A DNA stretch of 64,000 nucleotides from Podarcis melisellensis. Taxonomy: Eukaryota. The notes beneath the pieces are model-generated. The model did not search any database. It had not been told where the DNA came from and saw only the letters and a program-made list of their open reading frames with translations. Position numbers and translations under genes: made by a program. Below, in pieces: positions 24,319 to 38,300 of this stretch. The stretch is from assembly GCA_964234715.1 (NCBI GenBank), contig OZ174276.1; one strand, written 5' to 3'. Within the stretch, counting starts at the first letter, position 1; the number at the start of each line of letters is the position of its first letter.

Positions 24319-27300
24319 TCTTCCAATAGGTCCCCACAACATTAATGCAACCACCTTTCTCACAGGAAAATGCATTGTGATGAATCTTCCTGCCAAGTTA
24401 ACAATTACTTTTCCAGCAACTCCCTTTGACAAACAGTGGCTTGCTGATAACAGGGGTTCTAGCTGGGGTTTCACCATCTCAGTGGGTTACTGATGTTTGC
24501 AGTCCACCCTGTCTAGAATTGGCTTATATGAAGAATGCCATACCTTACACTTCCCCCTTACAAAAAAGAAAAAAGGTGAAACTCTAGAGACCAGGATTAA
24601 CCTTGCCTTAGTCAGGTTCTTTAAAATGTACACGAAACAAAACACATTCTCCAGATCTGCAGTTTCCATTAGTAACCGAGGATCATTTTACAGTACAAGA
24701 TGTTTTTAAACATCTCCTTCTGTGAGCTACTGGTCAATGACAGGCTCAATATTTGCAACAAAGGATAAATAATCTAAAACCAAAAAAATACTTCTGAGAT
24801 CTTCATTATTATATGGCAGGGCTTTCTGTTTCCTTTTGGTCAGTAATTGGCCCGGTACCTTAACTAGGCAGCCTGGCTTCTGTTCTTGCCATGTTTCACC
24901 CCCTTGCCTAACTTTATCTACCACTAGCTGTCTGCCTTCCCCTTTACTTTGTACTCAGTTGCCCTTTTTTCAAATAGGCATATATATATTTATATCCCTT
25001 GCAAATGGGCTGGTATGGGCGAGAAGAGGGCTTGCTTTACTGTTGTTTACTGGCTACGCACAAAATAGCTAAAAGCTGTACCATTACAGTCAAAATGCTG
25101 AATGGATGGACCAATGATTTGGTCTTGCGTTCTGGCTCTTTTGTAGAACTAGAATTGTTTTAGAGAGGTTCCTCTTTATTGATAAGGAGAATCTGGTTAT
25201 TTCCAGCCAGAAGCGATATTGCTTTAGGGAAATGTGACCCCTTGAGCAGGTGAGGCAACTCTGAATCCATGTGAAAAGAATGTAAAGGCCTCTTTGTTCT
25301 GCGGCATTTAACTTGATGAAGATTCAGTTCTCATTAGCATTGATGGTGCAGCTGCCATTTCTTAAAAAGCATACTACTTTTCCCTCTGAGAGCACACCTG
25401 TCCTGACTTTGTGTGCTATCAACCACTCTGAAAGGGATTTAGGGGGGGGAGTGTGTGTGTGTGTGCGCGTGCGCGTGCACAAAGTCCTTTATAGAAAGTA
25501 CACCCTCTTCTCATCAAGCCTAAGATTGAACTGCTTAAGTGGAATCTGTCTGGCACTCAAGGTGCTGGCCTGTTATTAATTGTGCTATGCTGTATTTGTT
25601 CCATTTTGCTGGGCAGCCAATGTGTAACTGATCCATATTATTTCTTGGTTTAATCAGGACCCTCAAATCTATTGGTCACCCTGCCTTGAGGCAAGCCAGA
25701 AACAGGCAAGCTGCAATCTGATCCTATCCATGTTTACTCAGAAGTAAATCTCACTTTATTTGCGTGGGCGTTCACCCAAATAAATGTGTATCAGATGGCA
25801 GCTTTAATTCCCTCTACACAACTTGATCTAGCATTGACTCCAATGGTCTGCACCATTTCATCCCACCTGCATCCAGTCTTTTTTCAATGTCCCCACTAGC
25901 TGTGTAATATAATCCCGCTTTGATGCTTTGATGCTTATCTCCTGTTTTCCCTCTTTTGCTCTTAATACTCTAACTATCCCTATTTGTCACAGCTGTTCCT
26001 TCAGTTGGTGAACATAGGGATGCTCACAGGAGAGGGAGGTAATAAACGTTGCATTGTATCTGAGAAGAACCACACTTATGCCGTTTGGTGTTCCTAAATC
26101 CACTGAAACCAATAGGCTTAAGCAAAACTAACCTTGCATAGGATTGGGTTGAAATTTTATAAAACATGGTAACACAAGCAATGGAATGCAGATTGCAGCT
26201 GAGAGCACACACTAGATTTATGATCAGCACTATGTTTGGCTTCTGTTGAGTGTGTATGAAAAGTGTTCTGACCTGTCCCAAAATGGGGTGGATTAAGTAT
26301 TCCCCGTCTCTCTTATTTCCCCTGTTATTTTGAGAACTCTTACAGGATTGCTGCTGTTTTAACCTAGCAGGGTTAAGAATAAAGCATAAGCTATGCCTGT
26401 TGGCAGGCAAGAATGACAATACAAAAACTCATGTGCTGTTCCAAACATCAAAATGCACCTTGCATAAAAGGCATGTAGATTATTATGTAATGTAATAAGT
26501 GTAAATAGCTTGTTAGAACAGGCACTGGTAGATGTTGCAGCAAGGGTACTGGAAGTATACAGAGTAAGGGAAGTTTATTTAAACAGTGTGATCATTCTGT
26601 TATATAGCTTTGATCTGAATGTGAGACAACATACGTAATTGAATTCAGAATTCAGAGTTCCCATCACCAAGGACCTGATTCCAATCCAAAGGCTTGCCAG
26701 AGGCAAGATGTGTAAATTTTACAATTTGTAAAACAGATGCCTAGAATTGATATTCCAAAGAACTGTAACTAAAATTTCCCTACCTCCCACTCCCCAACTT
26801 GCTACTTTTCTAAATGCAGGGTGGGTTTGTTTTAATGGAAAAGCATTCAGTCAAGTGAGCCCTAGCTTGTAGTGGTGCAGCCCAAGCCAAGGGTTGCTGC
26901 CACAGTGAGAACTAAACTGAAGTGATGCTAATTTCAGGGATGACTCAGAGCAGTTAAATTATGTCTGTTCATGCATCCTATCATGGTCTCCTTTCCTGGG
27001 CTGGTTTTGTACCTTTTTATCCACCCACAATACTGCCATTGAATATCCTTTCTCATTTAATACTTCACGTTGTGAGCATTAGCATAGCATTTGTGGATAT
27101 TCTGGTCCTACCTTCAGCTGATTCCTTACTGGCAGTTAGAAGTCAGGCTTACTCACTTCACACCTCGTCTCTTAGGCATGGCTGCAATAGTGTTGAGATT
27201 ACTTGGGGACCAAGAAGCTGGCTGAGCATATGATGCTGCCTTAAATGGGCATGCATTGCCATCACCTTTGAAAAAGAGATTGGGTAATTATTTGATCAGC

Positions 27301-27739
27301 TCCATACGTTTCAAGAACAGTCCACCATGAAATATAAAACAGCTACAGAGACAAAAAAAGAAGGACGGATACGATCAACTTAATTAAGTTTCCTAATTCA
27401 TTTACATGAATGCGTTCATTCGTTCAAATGGATTCAGCCATGTGGTTACGATGACCAACCCCCATACCACAAGATCCCTGGGAGGGAAGGGATGCAGATT
27501 GCATTGTAAGCCAGCAATCGCTGGTGTTTTGGTCCCAAACCTTGTATGCATGAGCAGCCTGTACTGAAAAAATAAATAAAAATACTGCTGTTGGTTGTGG
27601 GAACGGGCTTCCTCTTTCGAGCGCTGGTTAAAAGTATTATTGCTGCCACGATGTTGACTAGCAACACGCATGGCAGTGGCTGCAGAAGCAGCAGTCGCTT
27701 TAAGGCAAGAAAAAGGAGCCTGCCTGGGACTTGGATCTC

Positions 27740-28071
27740 ATAATAATAATAATAATAATACCGGTAATAATAATTTTTATTTATACCCCACCCTTCCTGC
27801 TTCAAAAACCGGGCTCAGGGCAGCTCACAACAAATTTAGAACACTTAATTGTAAAAGCAGCATAAAATACAGTATAAAAGCGTGAATAACAAAATTCAAA
27901 ATTCAGAAATCAATTTAGGGGAAATAAGCATTAGATAATCCCCAGGGCTAGCTGGCTGAAGTGGTCCTACTTGGGCCAGCGAGGAGGCCAGGGGAGAATT
28001 AGTGTGGGATCCCAGAGTGGATAGTCTTCATAAAAGGGAAGTGGGAGGGAAGAAAAGGGAAATAAAAGATC
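27740..28071 (-). mobile_element. L2 LINE 3' end with (TAA)n tail, just upstream of the CEP131 CpG island
   Basis: TTTATACCCCACCC...GGGCTCAGGGCAGCTCACAAC is the reverse complement of the L2 terminus at about 31725-31770. The extension to 28071 is less certain. Confidence 0.55.
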
Positions 28072-28074
28072 ACG

Positions 28075-28880
28075 CAAGAGACGGCAACGGGGGGAGCCCT
28101 GGAAGTTGCAACCGGGGTTCAGAGGGAGACCCCCGTTGGAAAGAGCGAAGGGGGGGGGGAATACCGAACAGACCCAGCAGGGAGGAAGTGCCTGATCTGG
28201 TTGCAGGACTAAGTCGGGGGTCGTCGCCTTTGTGGTGCAAGCCCCTCCTCCTCCTCTACACGCTTCTCCCCCCACAGCCCGCAAACGTCTCTCTCTCCTC
28301 GCGGGTCTCCCGCCCGCCGCCTTTCTTGCGCCCTCAACCTAGCCCCGGCGCCGGCAGAAGGACAAGTCGGCCAGCCGGTAAGGAGCCGGGCCTCTCCAAA
28401 CTCTGGCCAATGCCGTGGCAAAGCGGAGGCGGGCCTCCCCTTCGCACTAAGTTCGCGTGTGCTTCTCACGGCGGCGGCTGCCGCTACGTCTTCCGCTGGT
28501 CTCCCTCGCTCTCTTTGCCGGGCCGTGGACTGGAGTCGCAGCCTCAGCATCAGGGGGCGGGAATTTCCCATAATGCTCTAGGCGGGCGGCCTGGGGGATG
28601 AGCGGGCATTGCGTCTGAGAATGACCCCAGCGCAGGACTAGGCCCCTACATCATAAAAGTGGGGGGGGGGAGCAGCCGCCTCCGGGGGGCATTTTTTTTT
28701 GGGGGGGGAGAGGTGTAGATAGAAACCCCCCCTCGGTTTAAGGCTAGGCCTTCCTCTCAGCCCAACAGAGCCTGTGTAGAAGCGGGGACGGGGGGGGGGG
28801 CGGCTCTCGCCATCATCACCTGAACCACCAGCGAGAAGGAGGAGGTTCGTTTTTTGGGTACCTGCGTGAGGTAAGTGTGT
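28075..28880 (+). promoter_or_regulatory. CEP131: CpG island / promoter and non-coding first exon(s) of CEP131
   Basis: CpG-dense stretch 3.5-4 kb upstream of the ATG exon. Candidate donors CCG/GTAAGG (28378) and GAG/GTAAGT (28871); GGCGGGAA (E2F-like) overlapping TTCCCATAATGC (ZNF143/Staf-like) at about 28556-28577. Confidence 0.7.
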
Positions 28881-30885
28881 GAGAGAGAGCCATTTGTGAT
28901 ATAGAGGGGGGCCAGACAGTGGCCATCCTCTCTCTACCCCGCCTCCAACCCCGCCACCCTGCAGGCTGCTGCACGTTTGCATTGTTTTGCAGAGTCCTGC
29001 CTGAGCTGGCTTCAAACCCCAGGCTTTTGCAGAGCCCCTGGCCCTGTAATTGTAATTGCATCTTGGGATGGTGCTTCTTTGCAACTGTTAAAAAAGCACT
29101 GTGACAAGGAGGAGGAGCTCGAACTTGTTTTGGATGCCTTTCCCTTCCTCTTTGGAGAAACAAGCAACTCTTCCCCACCCGTTTCTAGTATTTTGGGAAG
29201 GCACCAGAAAGGTGAATGTTGCTCCCGATCCTGTCTCTCCAGCATCCCTTTTAGGGACTAGCCTGATGCTCTGAAGTTTCTCTCCTTTGGATTTTTCAGC
29301 GTGAGATCTGGTGTTAAGCACTATGCATCATGCCGCAAGATGTTTGTGTACTCCAGGGTGCATGATTCACGTAGGCTCCTGTTGTTAGGAAACAGCGGCC
29401 TTTTTGAAGAGGCACCAGCCTTATGCAAATACTCACAGTAGTTCAGGTATATCTAATGTAAATAGCCTCAGGCTTGGGGAAAAATTACATTTTAGGTGCC
29501 CAGGTTTCAAGCCCCAACCCCTTCTAAATCCTTTCTTTGCCGCATTTGCTATGTTTACTCTAGTAAGCATAAGAAATGCTTCCAGGTTAAAAGAATGCAT
29601 CACTGGAACACTATAAGTTCTATGTTACTGGGTAAATAGGGTGATACCTGAAATCCGGTTGACCACTATGAGGAGCGTCATTGAAATTGCCTCATTCAGG
29701 TACTTTAGTGCCAAATTTGTCGTACAGACGACAGGAGTATTGAACTTTCAAGACACCGGTAAATGAAAGCGAAAAGTAAACAATGAAACTGTGTAACTAT
29801 ACAGATTGTATGAAGCTTTTCATTCGCCTTGAATGATATTGAACCTATGCAAAGGCTGACCACACTTTAGCAGTTTCATCCTGTCATGTTTGCTGCCTTG
29901 AATCTTAACACGTTTCTCTAATGAAATAGCTATGAGCTGCCTAGTTGCAAGCTTCACCCATATCAATAGGGTGTGTGTCTATGGTTTCCATAGAGAGGTT
30001 TGTGTTTATCTTTCCTGGGCCAAAGTATTTGCAATTGAAAGCGCTTGTAGGGAAATAGGTGTGTGGATGGGCAGTTTCTTTGTTAAGAGACAAATCAAGT
30101 AAGGCTAACCTAATATGATGGGTGTGGATGTGTGTATTAGAAAGTGAGAACATTTATCAGAATAGATTAATTTATTAGGAGAGGATTGGAGGATGGGAAG
30201 CTATAACTGGTAGAATTATGTACCCCTCTATGCACTAGTTTGGTGGGACTCACTTTGGGCCAAAGTTCAGGCATATAAATGCTCTTATGAATAAAATCTG
30301 GCCAGTGTGAAATAATGCATATGTATATCCTTAAGCTTGGCCTCATAGTCACTTGTACCGTATCCTTTTCTGAAAGCCCATATACTCTTATGTGTCTGGC
30401 ATTGCCAGGAACTGTTCATTTATCACATGTTGTCAACTGGGAAGGGTGAGGGGGGAAAGTGATGAAGTAATGGCTTTTTTCTTACATTCACCACACTGCT
30501 TACGAGAGGTTGAGCTGCTAAAGAGATATTATTGTAAAACAAGAATGGCAGTTCAGCATGGGAGAGGATGTACCGTAATGTCTGGGCAGTCTGTGGCGTG
30601 CACACACCATGTTCTAACATTAATGTTTTGTATTGTTTAGTGTGTTTGTTTACTGAAAAGTAGAAGCAGGAAGCTGCAAATTTCAGCAGAGGGAGTACTT
30701 AGATAACATTTCTCCCTCACGCCCCACTTAAATCAAAATTACCCTCCCCAAGCTGTTGTTCTCCCTGCAGGGAAAAAGTTACAGGGACCCTATACCTTTA
30801 TTCCTATGGTTAGAAAAGCAGAAAATGGCAGGGAGGGAAAATGTTGAGATGTTCAGCTAATCTATGCTGTGTTCTGCTAATTGGA

Positions 30886-31774
30886 AGCTGTGGATGGTTA
30901 CGTGGGAGCCGGTTGAAGCTAAATCCTTCGAAAACAGAGGTCCTGTGGCTGGCACGGGATGATATGGGATTGGGGGGGGGCAACTCCCATCTCTTGCGGG
31001 GGCGCAGTTATTGCCAGCACCGTCCGTTAAGAGTTTGGGTCTTCGACACCTCCCTTTCCATGGAGGCGCAGATTGCAGCTATAACAAAGGTGTCATTTTT
31101 TCATCTCCGCCAAACTAAGCAGTTGGCTCCTTACCTCTCTCGCCCTGACCTAGCCACTGTGATCCACGTGACGGTCACCTCCAGACTGGATTGTTGTAAC
31201 TCGCTCTACGTGGGGCTGCCCTTGAGACTGACCCAGAAACTCCAGCTGGTGCGGAATGCTGCAGCGAGACTCCTTACGGGGTCTTCGCTGCGAGATCACA
31301 TTCACCCGGTGCTATACCAGCTGCACTGGCTCCCGGTGGAGTACAGGAGCAGGTTTAAGGTGCTGGTTTTAACCTTTAAAGCCCTATATGGCCTAGGACC
31401 CTCGTACCTACGGGACCGCCTCTCCTGGTATGCCCCACAGAGAAACTTACGGTCTTCAAATAAAAACATCTTGAAGGTCCCAGGCCACAGAGAAGTTAGG
31501 CTGGCCTCAACTAGAGCCAGGGCTTTTTCGTCTGTGGCTCCGACCTGGTGGAACACTGTCACAAGAGACTAGGGCCCTGCGGGACTTGACATCTTTCCGC
31601 AGGGCCTGCAAGACAGAGCTGTTCCACCAGGCCTTTGGCCAGGGCACAGCTTGAATTTAATTAATTTTATAATGAATGATTTTAGAGTGTTGTTTGTGCT
31701 GTACTTTTGTACTGTTTTATTGTTGTTAGCCGCCCTGAGCCCGGCTTCGGCTGGGGAGGGATATAAATAAAAAA

Positions 31775-31830
<56 letters not shown>
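30886..31830 (+). mobile_element. 5'-truncated L2 LINE (RT C-terminal part, frameshifted) with (TTA)n tail
   Basis: ORF 30841-31572 contains [60 protein letters not shown], typical of L2 ORF2; (TTA)n at 31774-31830. Confidence 0.9.
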
Positions 31831-31831
<1 letters not shown>

Positions 31832-32347
31832 CTGATGTTGCTTTTCAGTGGTTTAAAAACAAAAGATATCCACTAGACTCTGCATGGATTCCCCTGTGTC
31901 TTCTAGTTTGGCCGTTAGATACTTAGGGACCAGCATTGCCTGATATGGCTTTTGCATCAGGAATGCATAGCTGCTGTTAAATTGTTGCATGCAATCCAGG
32001 TGATGTTCAACTCAACAAGTGTGTCTGTTACTGGGTAATTTCAGTTTTGAAGCACATGGCTTCCAAATCAGGTTGCTTGGAAATGATGAGTAATTCCCCG
32101 CCGCCGCCAAGGTAAATTGAGAGGTCTGTGTATAATGGTTACAGGAGCATCACAGACATTTGCTGGCCTGTGATATTGCAGGTGAACAGTGACAGATGTT
32201 CTATGAACATACTCACAAGAGTTTTCCCTATTCCTTCATCCATGCTTTAGGTCAAAATAGGAAATGTGGAAAGCAATTCCTCTAGCCAACATAACATCTT
32301 CACCTTTGTGTTTTCCTTTGCTTCCAGGCCTCTGCTCCCATATCACA

Positions 32348-35300
32348 ATGAAGAGTGCCCGTGGTAGCAGCTCTTCCTTCCAGGGTGCCAGTGCCAATGG
32401 TGTGGATCTCAGTCTTACAGGGCTGCCCATGCAAGTGCTTCAGCGCCCAAGCAGTGCCTCTCCAGGCAAGCACATTGCTCGCTCCATCTCCGTCATTACT
32501 GAAAACAAGCCCAAGAGGAATATCCTAGTGAGTATTGGGGGATGGGGGTAATAGATTTGCTCTCCTTGGAAGTTTATTCTGTCTTCTAAGTATGTTCCTG
32601 GTAAACATATTTCATTTAATCACAAAGCTTAACTGGTTATGCTGTGCATTCTTTTATTCTGTGTTTAGTAGAGTCCACAACAAGAGCAGCCCATGTAAAA
32701 TTGCTGTATTTGTGTAACGCAAGGGGGTTCTAGCCCGAAGTTACAAAAACCACCCTAGAGTTATAAAAAAATTCAGAAATTCTGATGCCATTTGGGGGAG
32801 GGGACCTGCTTTGCTTTTTTAAAGGAAAAAGTGAAATGTATGCAATAATTTCTTATCAAACCTAAACTTACATTACTGCTTTAACAATACAAAATGCATG
32901 TAAGATTTTGCCATTTAAAAAGTAGAAAAAAAATGAATTGAGCATAGAAAGCACAGATTTTGTAGTAAACAAAAGGAAGCATATCATTTGGACAGAAACA
33001 GTCACAATATTGAGGATTTGGAGGAGTTGTTTTTTCAATAAGATTGCATTATGATAACTAGCAACTTTTAGAGAGTATGGAAAGATCAAGGATCAGTACA
33101 TTCATCTGCCCATCTAATCAGTGTGCATTATCATTGGGTCTAAGATGACAACGGTTCCTGGTTCTAAATGACAAAGTGGCTTACAGTTATCACTAAAGGT
33201 AATTTCCACTGAGTCTCATGAATTACGCAATAACTTAACCCCAGGCTGCATAGCTCAATTGTAATTTCACAGACCTCTTGATTGTTGTGTACAGAATCAT
33301 GCATATGGGATATGTTTACAGAGCAATCACACAACACCATTAAATGCACAGAAAATTCTGTTCAATTATTTTTTTTTTAAAGCACTTTACAGGGACTGGT
33401 TGTTTTCCATCGATCCCCACCCCCACCCCTTATATATCATAAGGGCAAGGCAACTTTAAAGACTCAATTCATCCTGTACTTTACAAAATAACTTTAATTT
33501 TACAATTAGACTGTATCCACTTCTTGAGACTGAATATTGTTACAATTGTAATAGGAAAAAATAATCGAAACATGAGATGGAATTTTTGACGGTATATAAA
33601 AATGTGCTTATCCTTTTTTCTTGTAAGTACTGGTTTAATTTTTATTATGAATATATATTAAAAAACCAGAAACACACACTGGAACATCCAGTAACAAAGC
33701 AGCAGCCCTGAATGCATCCTTCAAGCTGTCTTCCAGGGGCATTGTTAATGTATCACCTGTAGGGCTTACCTTCTTTATCTTGGGACGGCCGCAGATGGGG
33801 CACTCTATCTATGTAAGAGGAAGCTTTTGTTTCAAAGCCATCCAAATGGTAGCCAACCCCTAAGTATTCAGCATTGTTGATGTGTGTCTTTTTCTCCCAG
33901 GAAGATGCAGGGCTTGGCACCTCCAGAGCTATGAACAATTTACGAAGGTCCAATAGCACGACTCAGGTTAACCAGCGTGTGAACGGTGCCTTTAGGTGAG
34001 CCCTAAATAAATTTCTTACTGAAATGCAATATTTTGCAGAAACTAATTCACTCATGCATGTCTTTCAGAACTCTTTGGGGAAGTTGGTTTGTTTTTCTTC
34101 TTGAGAGTTTACCCCAGAATGACTAGTAGGGTTTGTTTTTAAAATTATTTTTTATTGATGCATTTTCCAGTGCATATTTGCATACATATGTCATCTCATC
34201 AAAGTTTTTTTTTTCCTACTTCCCAACCTAACCTTCCTTGACACCCTACATTTTCTTTGGTTTGCTACATGTCCTTTGATTATTCCATCCTATTTTCACT
34301 GCTTCAGTTCGCTTATCCTTTCTACTGCTGATCATAAATTTACCCCCGCTTGAAAGTTTACCTTAATCCCATCTTTCTTCAAATATTCTATTAATTTATG
34401 CAACCATTGTTCTTTTGTTGGAGATATCTTTTCTTTCCAATATTTTATATACACTAATCTTGTGGCCGCTGTTGCATACAGAAATACATTTTTTTACTTT
34501 CTTTAGTATCTCTGCACCTATTATTGCTAGCAAGAAGTCTTCTGGTTTCTTTGGAAAAGTGAGCTTAAATATTTTTTTCAGTTCCTCATATACCATCTCT
34601 CAGAATTTTTTTGCATATTTACAGTGCCACCACATATGCATCAGAGACCCTTCTGTCTTGAACACTTCCAAGCCAAGAAATTTATTGCTCTATTCCATAA
34701 TTTTTCCTATGCTGATAACTCAATATTATATCTGATATCTGACCCCCAGTGTATCATCGTGGCCTGTACTAACCCATATTTAGTTTCCTATTCTATTAAG
34801 ATTTTTGTTGTTGCTTCCCAATAGAATTTTTTCAAATTCAGATCCCCCTTCCACAAATCCTCTTTCTTTGTCCTTTCTATACATTTCATTTACTTGAAGG
34901 TACTGAAACCAATTTGTTATTACTCCTGGACACTTGGTAGTAATTTATGGGGGAGAATGAGTTCTCCTTTTGCTCAGCAGGGGACAGCTTCTGGAAATGG
35001 ACCAAACTCCCAAGATTTCTGAGTAATCATGTGATTTTGCTTCTCAGCAGTGTGGAGCAGCACGGCGATTTCCTGACTTTGTTTGAAAGCAGCTCAGGTG
35101 GAAGAAAGAAACTAGCAAGTCTGAGCAAAGTCTCCCCGGAAAAGAAAACAACATGGAACATCCTGGTAAGGGCAAGGTCATAAATGTCAGTGTGCTGTCA
35201 TTGTCAGGGGAGAAACTTTCCCCCATTCAGCTGTCGTTCTTGTTGTTGGGGTGAGTACAGCATAGAATATGCTTGCATAGGCAGCTGTTGAGGAGTGCTG

Positions 35301-38300
35301 TGCTCTCCAGCACAGGGATATAGCTCTCTCCTTAAAAAACAAGCAGTGGAAAGGCTGCCCCCTGCCACAAGGCTACAGCCATCCCCGGTCATGACAAGAG
35401 GGCAGACTATCTCTCCACCGACACTAAATGCTAGTGCAGCATTAAGTGTAAGATCTGGAGAAAGGGATGCCCTTCTGTTGTAATCAAGCAGCAGCTTCTG
35501 TCTAGCACTACAGTGCTATACTTGGAACTAGGAAGTAGGGGCAAAAGGTGTTCAAAGGAAGTGTTACTGGAGGATTCAGGTTATGGGCCAGCCAATAAAT
35601 AAGACAAATAAATAAGTAGGGGGAATATGGCACTACTACCATACTTTTGTATTGTGTAATCTGTGCTAATGACTTTGGCTCCTGGTATGGAATTTGGATT
35701 AGCAGTCATTAGCTGAGGGGTTGACAGCTCTTGTGTAGCTTTTTAACACTGGCCATGCAGAATCAGTGCCCCTGACTCTCACTCCCGGTTTGGAAGTTTA
35801 TTAGTCCCATCCTGGGACATTCAGCACAGCACAAACTTACCACCACTAGAGTTTATCTCCTAGCAGGCTTTGGTATCAGTGAGAATTATGGTGGGACTGA
35901 GATAGATTCTCTGCATGAGTTAGAATAAAAGTATCAGGAGAGGACCTGCCGCATACAATGATGGTGATTTCCCTTCATGCTTATTTCTGGTTATGTTGTA
36001 CAGGATGAGCAGCCCAGAACATTTCCTGTCCCATCCAGTACTCAAGAGGCCCCTGCAGGCATGAGAAAGAAAGAAATCTATGTGCCACTTGCAGCCAACT
36101 TCACTGCAAATAACAGGTAAGAAAGGCAACCAGGTCTAGCTTCTGAAGTTATAGGTAAATTGCTGAAATTTGGCTGGTGGGATTTGTGCTAGCGCTATTT
36201 TTGCTGAAGATGGGTGCTGTATTATTTCTGGTCCATGGGTGTTATTGGAGTAGGGTCTGGAGACAACCATGTGAAAAGGAACAGCAGTCTCTTTTTAGCT
36301 ACAGGTTGTAATCTAAAATAGGGTTGAGCCAAAACAATTCTTTCCACTTCGTTTTTGCTTTCATTGTTGTTGAACAGCACTACGGCACTTCGGTGTGCTT
36401 TCATGTGGTCTTATTCCTTTAGCCTGCACTTGGTGCTCTCACATTCCAAATTAGGGTTGCCAGGTCTTCGCCTGGTTATGGTGCCTTTCCCTTTGAAAAC
36501 TCACTGAGAGGGTGCAGTCACCACGTGTCCACTCCATTGATTCTTTCATACAGTCTCCTCTTCCACCTGTTGTGGGTAGCAATATTTTGCTCCCAAGAGG
36601 ACAGGAGAGAGAATTTACAAAGTACCAGTGGAGCCACAGGACAACAATCACAGTGACAGCACTGTAGCCTGGTGCCATGACGCTTTTTTCCGGGTGAAGA
36701 CCTAGGAAGCCTATTTCAGATTCCCCCCCATTATGATTTTTCCCCTGTTATCTTTTGAACCATGTCTAAGCAGTTAATGGTTTTCCCGTGGCCCTGAGAT
36801 GTTGTTGGAGAACAGCTTACAGTCTCCCTGACCATTGGTCACGTTGGCTGACTAATGGGAGTTGGAATCTAACAATATCTAGAGGGTGGTGGGTTAGCAA
36901 CCCTTGTCCTAAAGGATTGTGATTGAAGTCTGCACATGTTGGCCCACAGCCTTCAATATGCTAACATATTGCCCTTCTTTCCTACGAGGAGTAACAAAGG
37001 TGCAATGGGCAACTGTGTAACCACCATGGTGCATAATAACTACTCCACTGCGGACAAGGCAGCTGCGCCCAAGAGCTCCAACCAGGCCACAACCTCCCTC
37101 AAGTAAGTCCTTTCACAGCCATCCTTCCAGTGGGCACCGTAGGTTGGTTGGAAGGGGCCAGGGAAAGCCTAACTGTGGCAGCCTGACCAACACCTCAAGT
37201 ATGAGCAAGCCATCGGGGGAGTAGTGGTTTTCAACCAGGGAGGCATAGATAGATACACATGCACAGCTATGGGAATGAAAGCATACTTGCTCCTGAATCT
37301 TTTATTTTTAAGCTTCCTTGCTAGGAAAAATTAGACTGCAGTTGTTTCTAAGAGCCCTCATATTCATGTTAGTCCAGAGACTCATAATCCACACAACTGG
37401 GCTGTATATGAGCAAAAGGAGCTTCCCTCATTCTATGCCAAATTCTAAGGTTTTTCTTCCTTTACAACCGTTCCCCTCCCAACTGCATGTTTGGTGCTCA
37501 TCCCTTGACTTGTTCAAGTGTTGTCGTAGATGAAAATGCAGGAGTGATTTAGCAGGACTTACTTGACACTTGCAAAATGTCATTAAAGAGGGGTGAATAA
37601 TGTATTATGTTAGTGGGTGAGGAGCATTTTCTTTCCCAAGGCAGTCTACCAAGGACAGTATCCCTGAGAAAAACACAGTATCAGTACACTCTGGAAAATA
37701 GACACGTGTCCATCACTGGGTAGTATGGCATGCTAACAACCTGTTGAGCAATACAGAAGATGCTTCTGACTGAAGTGTTCTTGTCTTGTTTTCTTAGTAA
37801 CATTATCAAAGCCACTTCCAATGAAGACACAGAGAGTAGCAGCTACATGAAGTCCCAGAAAAACTTTTCCAGCAGCAATATCCTGGCTCGGAACAATAAT
37901 AACAGCAGTAGCAGTAACCCCCTCAGGAGGCAGGAAGTATCGGAGGAGGAGGCTGAGCGGTAAGCGTGAATTCGCTGGCGACAAAAGAGATAACCAGAGG
38001 AGATGTTGGGAAGTTATGCAGAAGAATGAGAGGAAGCCTCATGGTAGTTCAGAGAAGGGTACATAATATGTTGCTGCTTAGCAGCTTTAACAGGTGCGTT
38101 TGATGATTTCCAGCTGATAGGTCAGTCCTTTCACATTTTATCGGTTCTAATAAAATAGTGCTGGGGCCTGATTTCCTTTCACGTTTGTCTAAAATATATC
38201 CCTCTGAAATGAGCATTGGACTTTATATTGTTTTCTAAGAAGAAGGAAAAAAGTGAGGGGGCTCTTTCTAAACAGGAGCCATATAGGCAAGAGCCACACC

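Noticed and set aside
28002-29178. 120-199 aa ORFs over the CpG island
   Set aside because: Expected from stop-codon scarcity in GC-rich DNA; no recognisable protein.
30841-31572. 243-aa ORF as a host gene or domesticated RT
   Set aside because: 5'-truncated, frameshifted L2 ORF2 fragment lacking the catalytic core.
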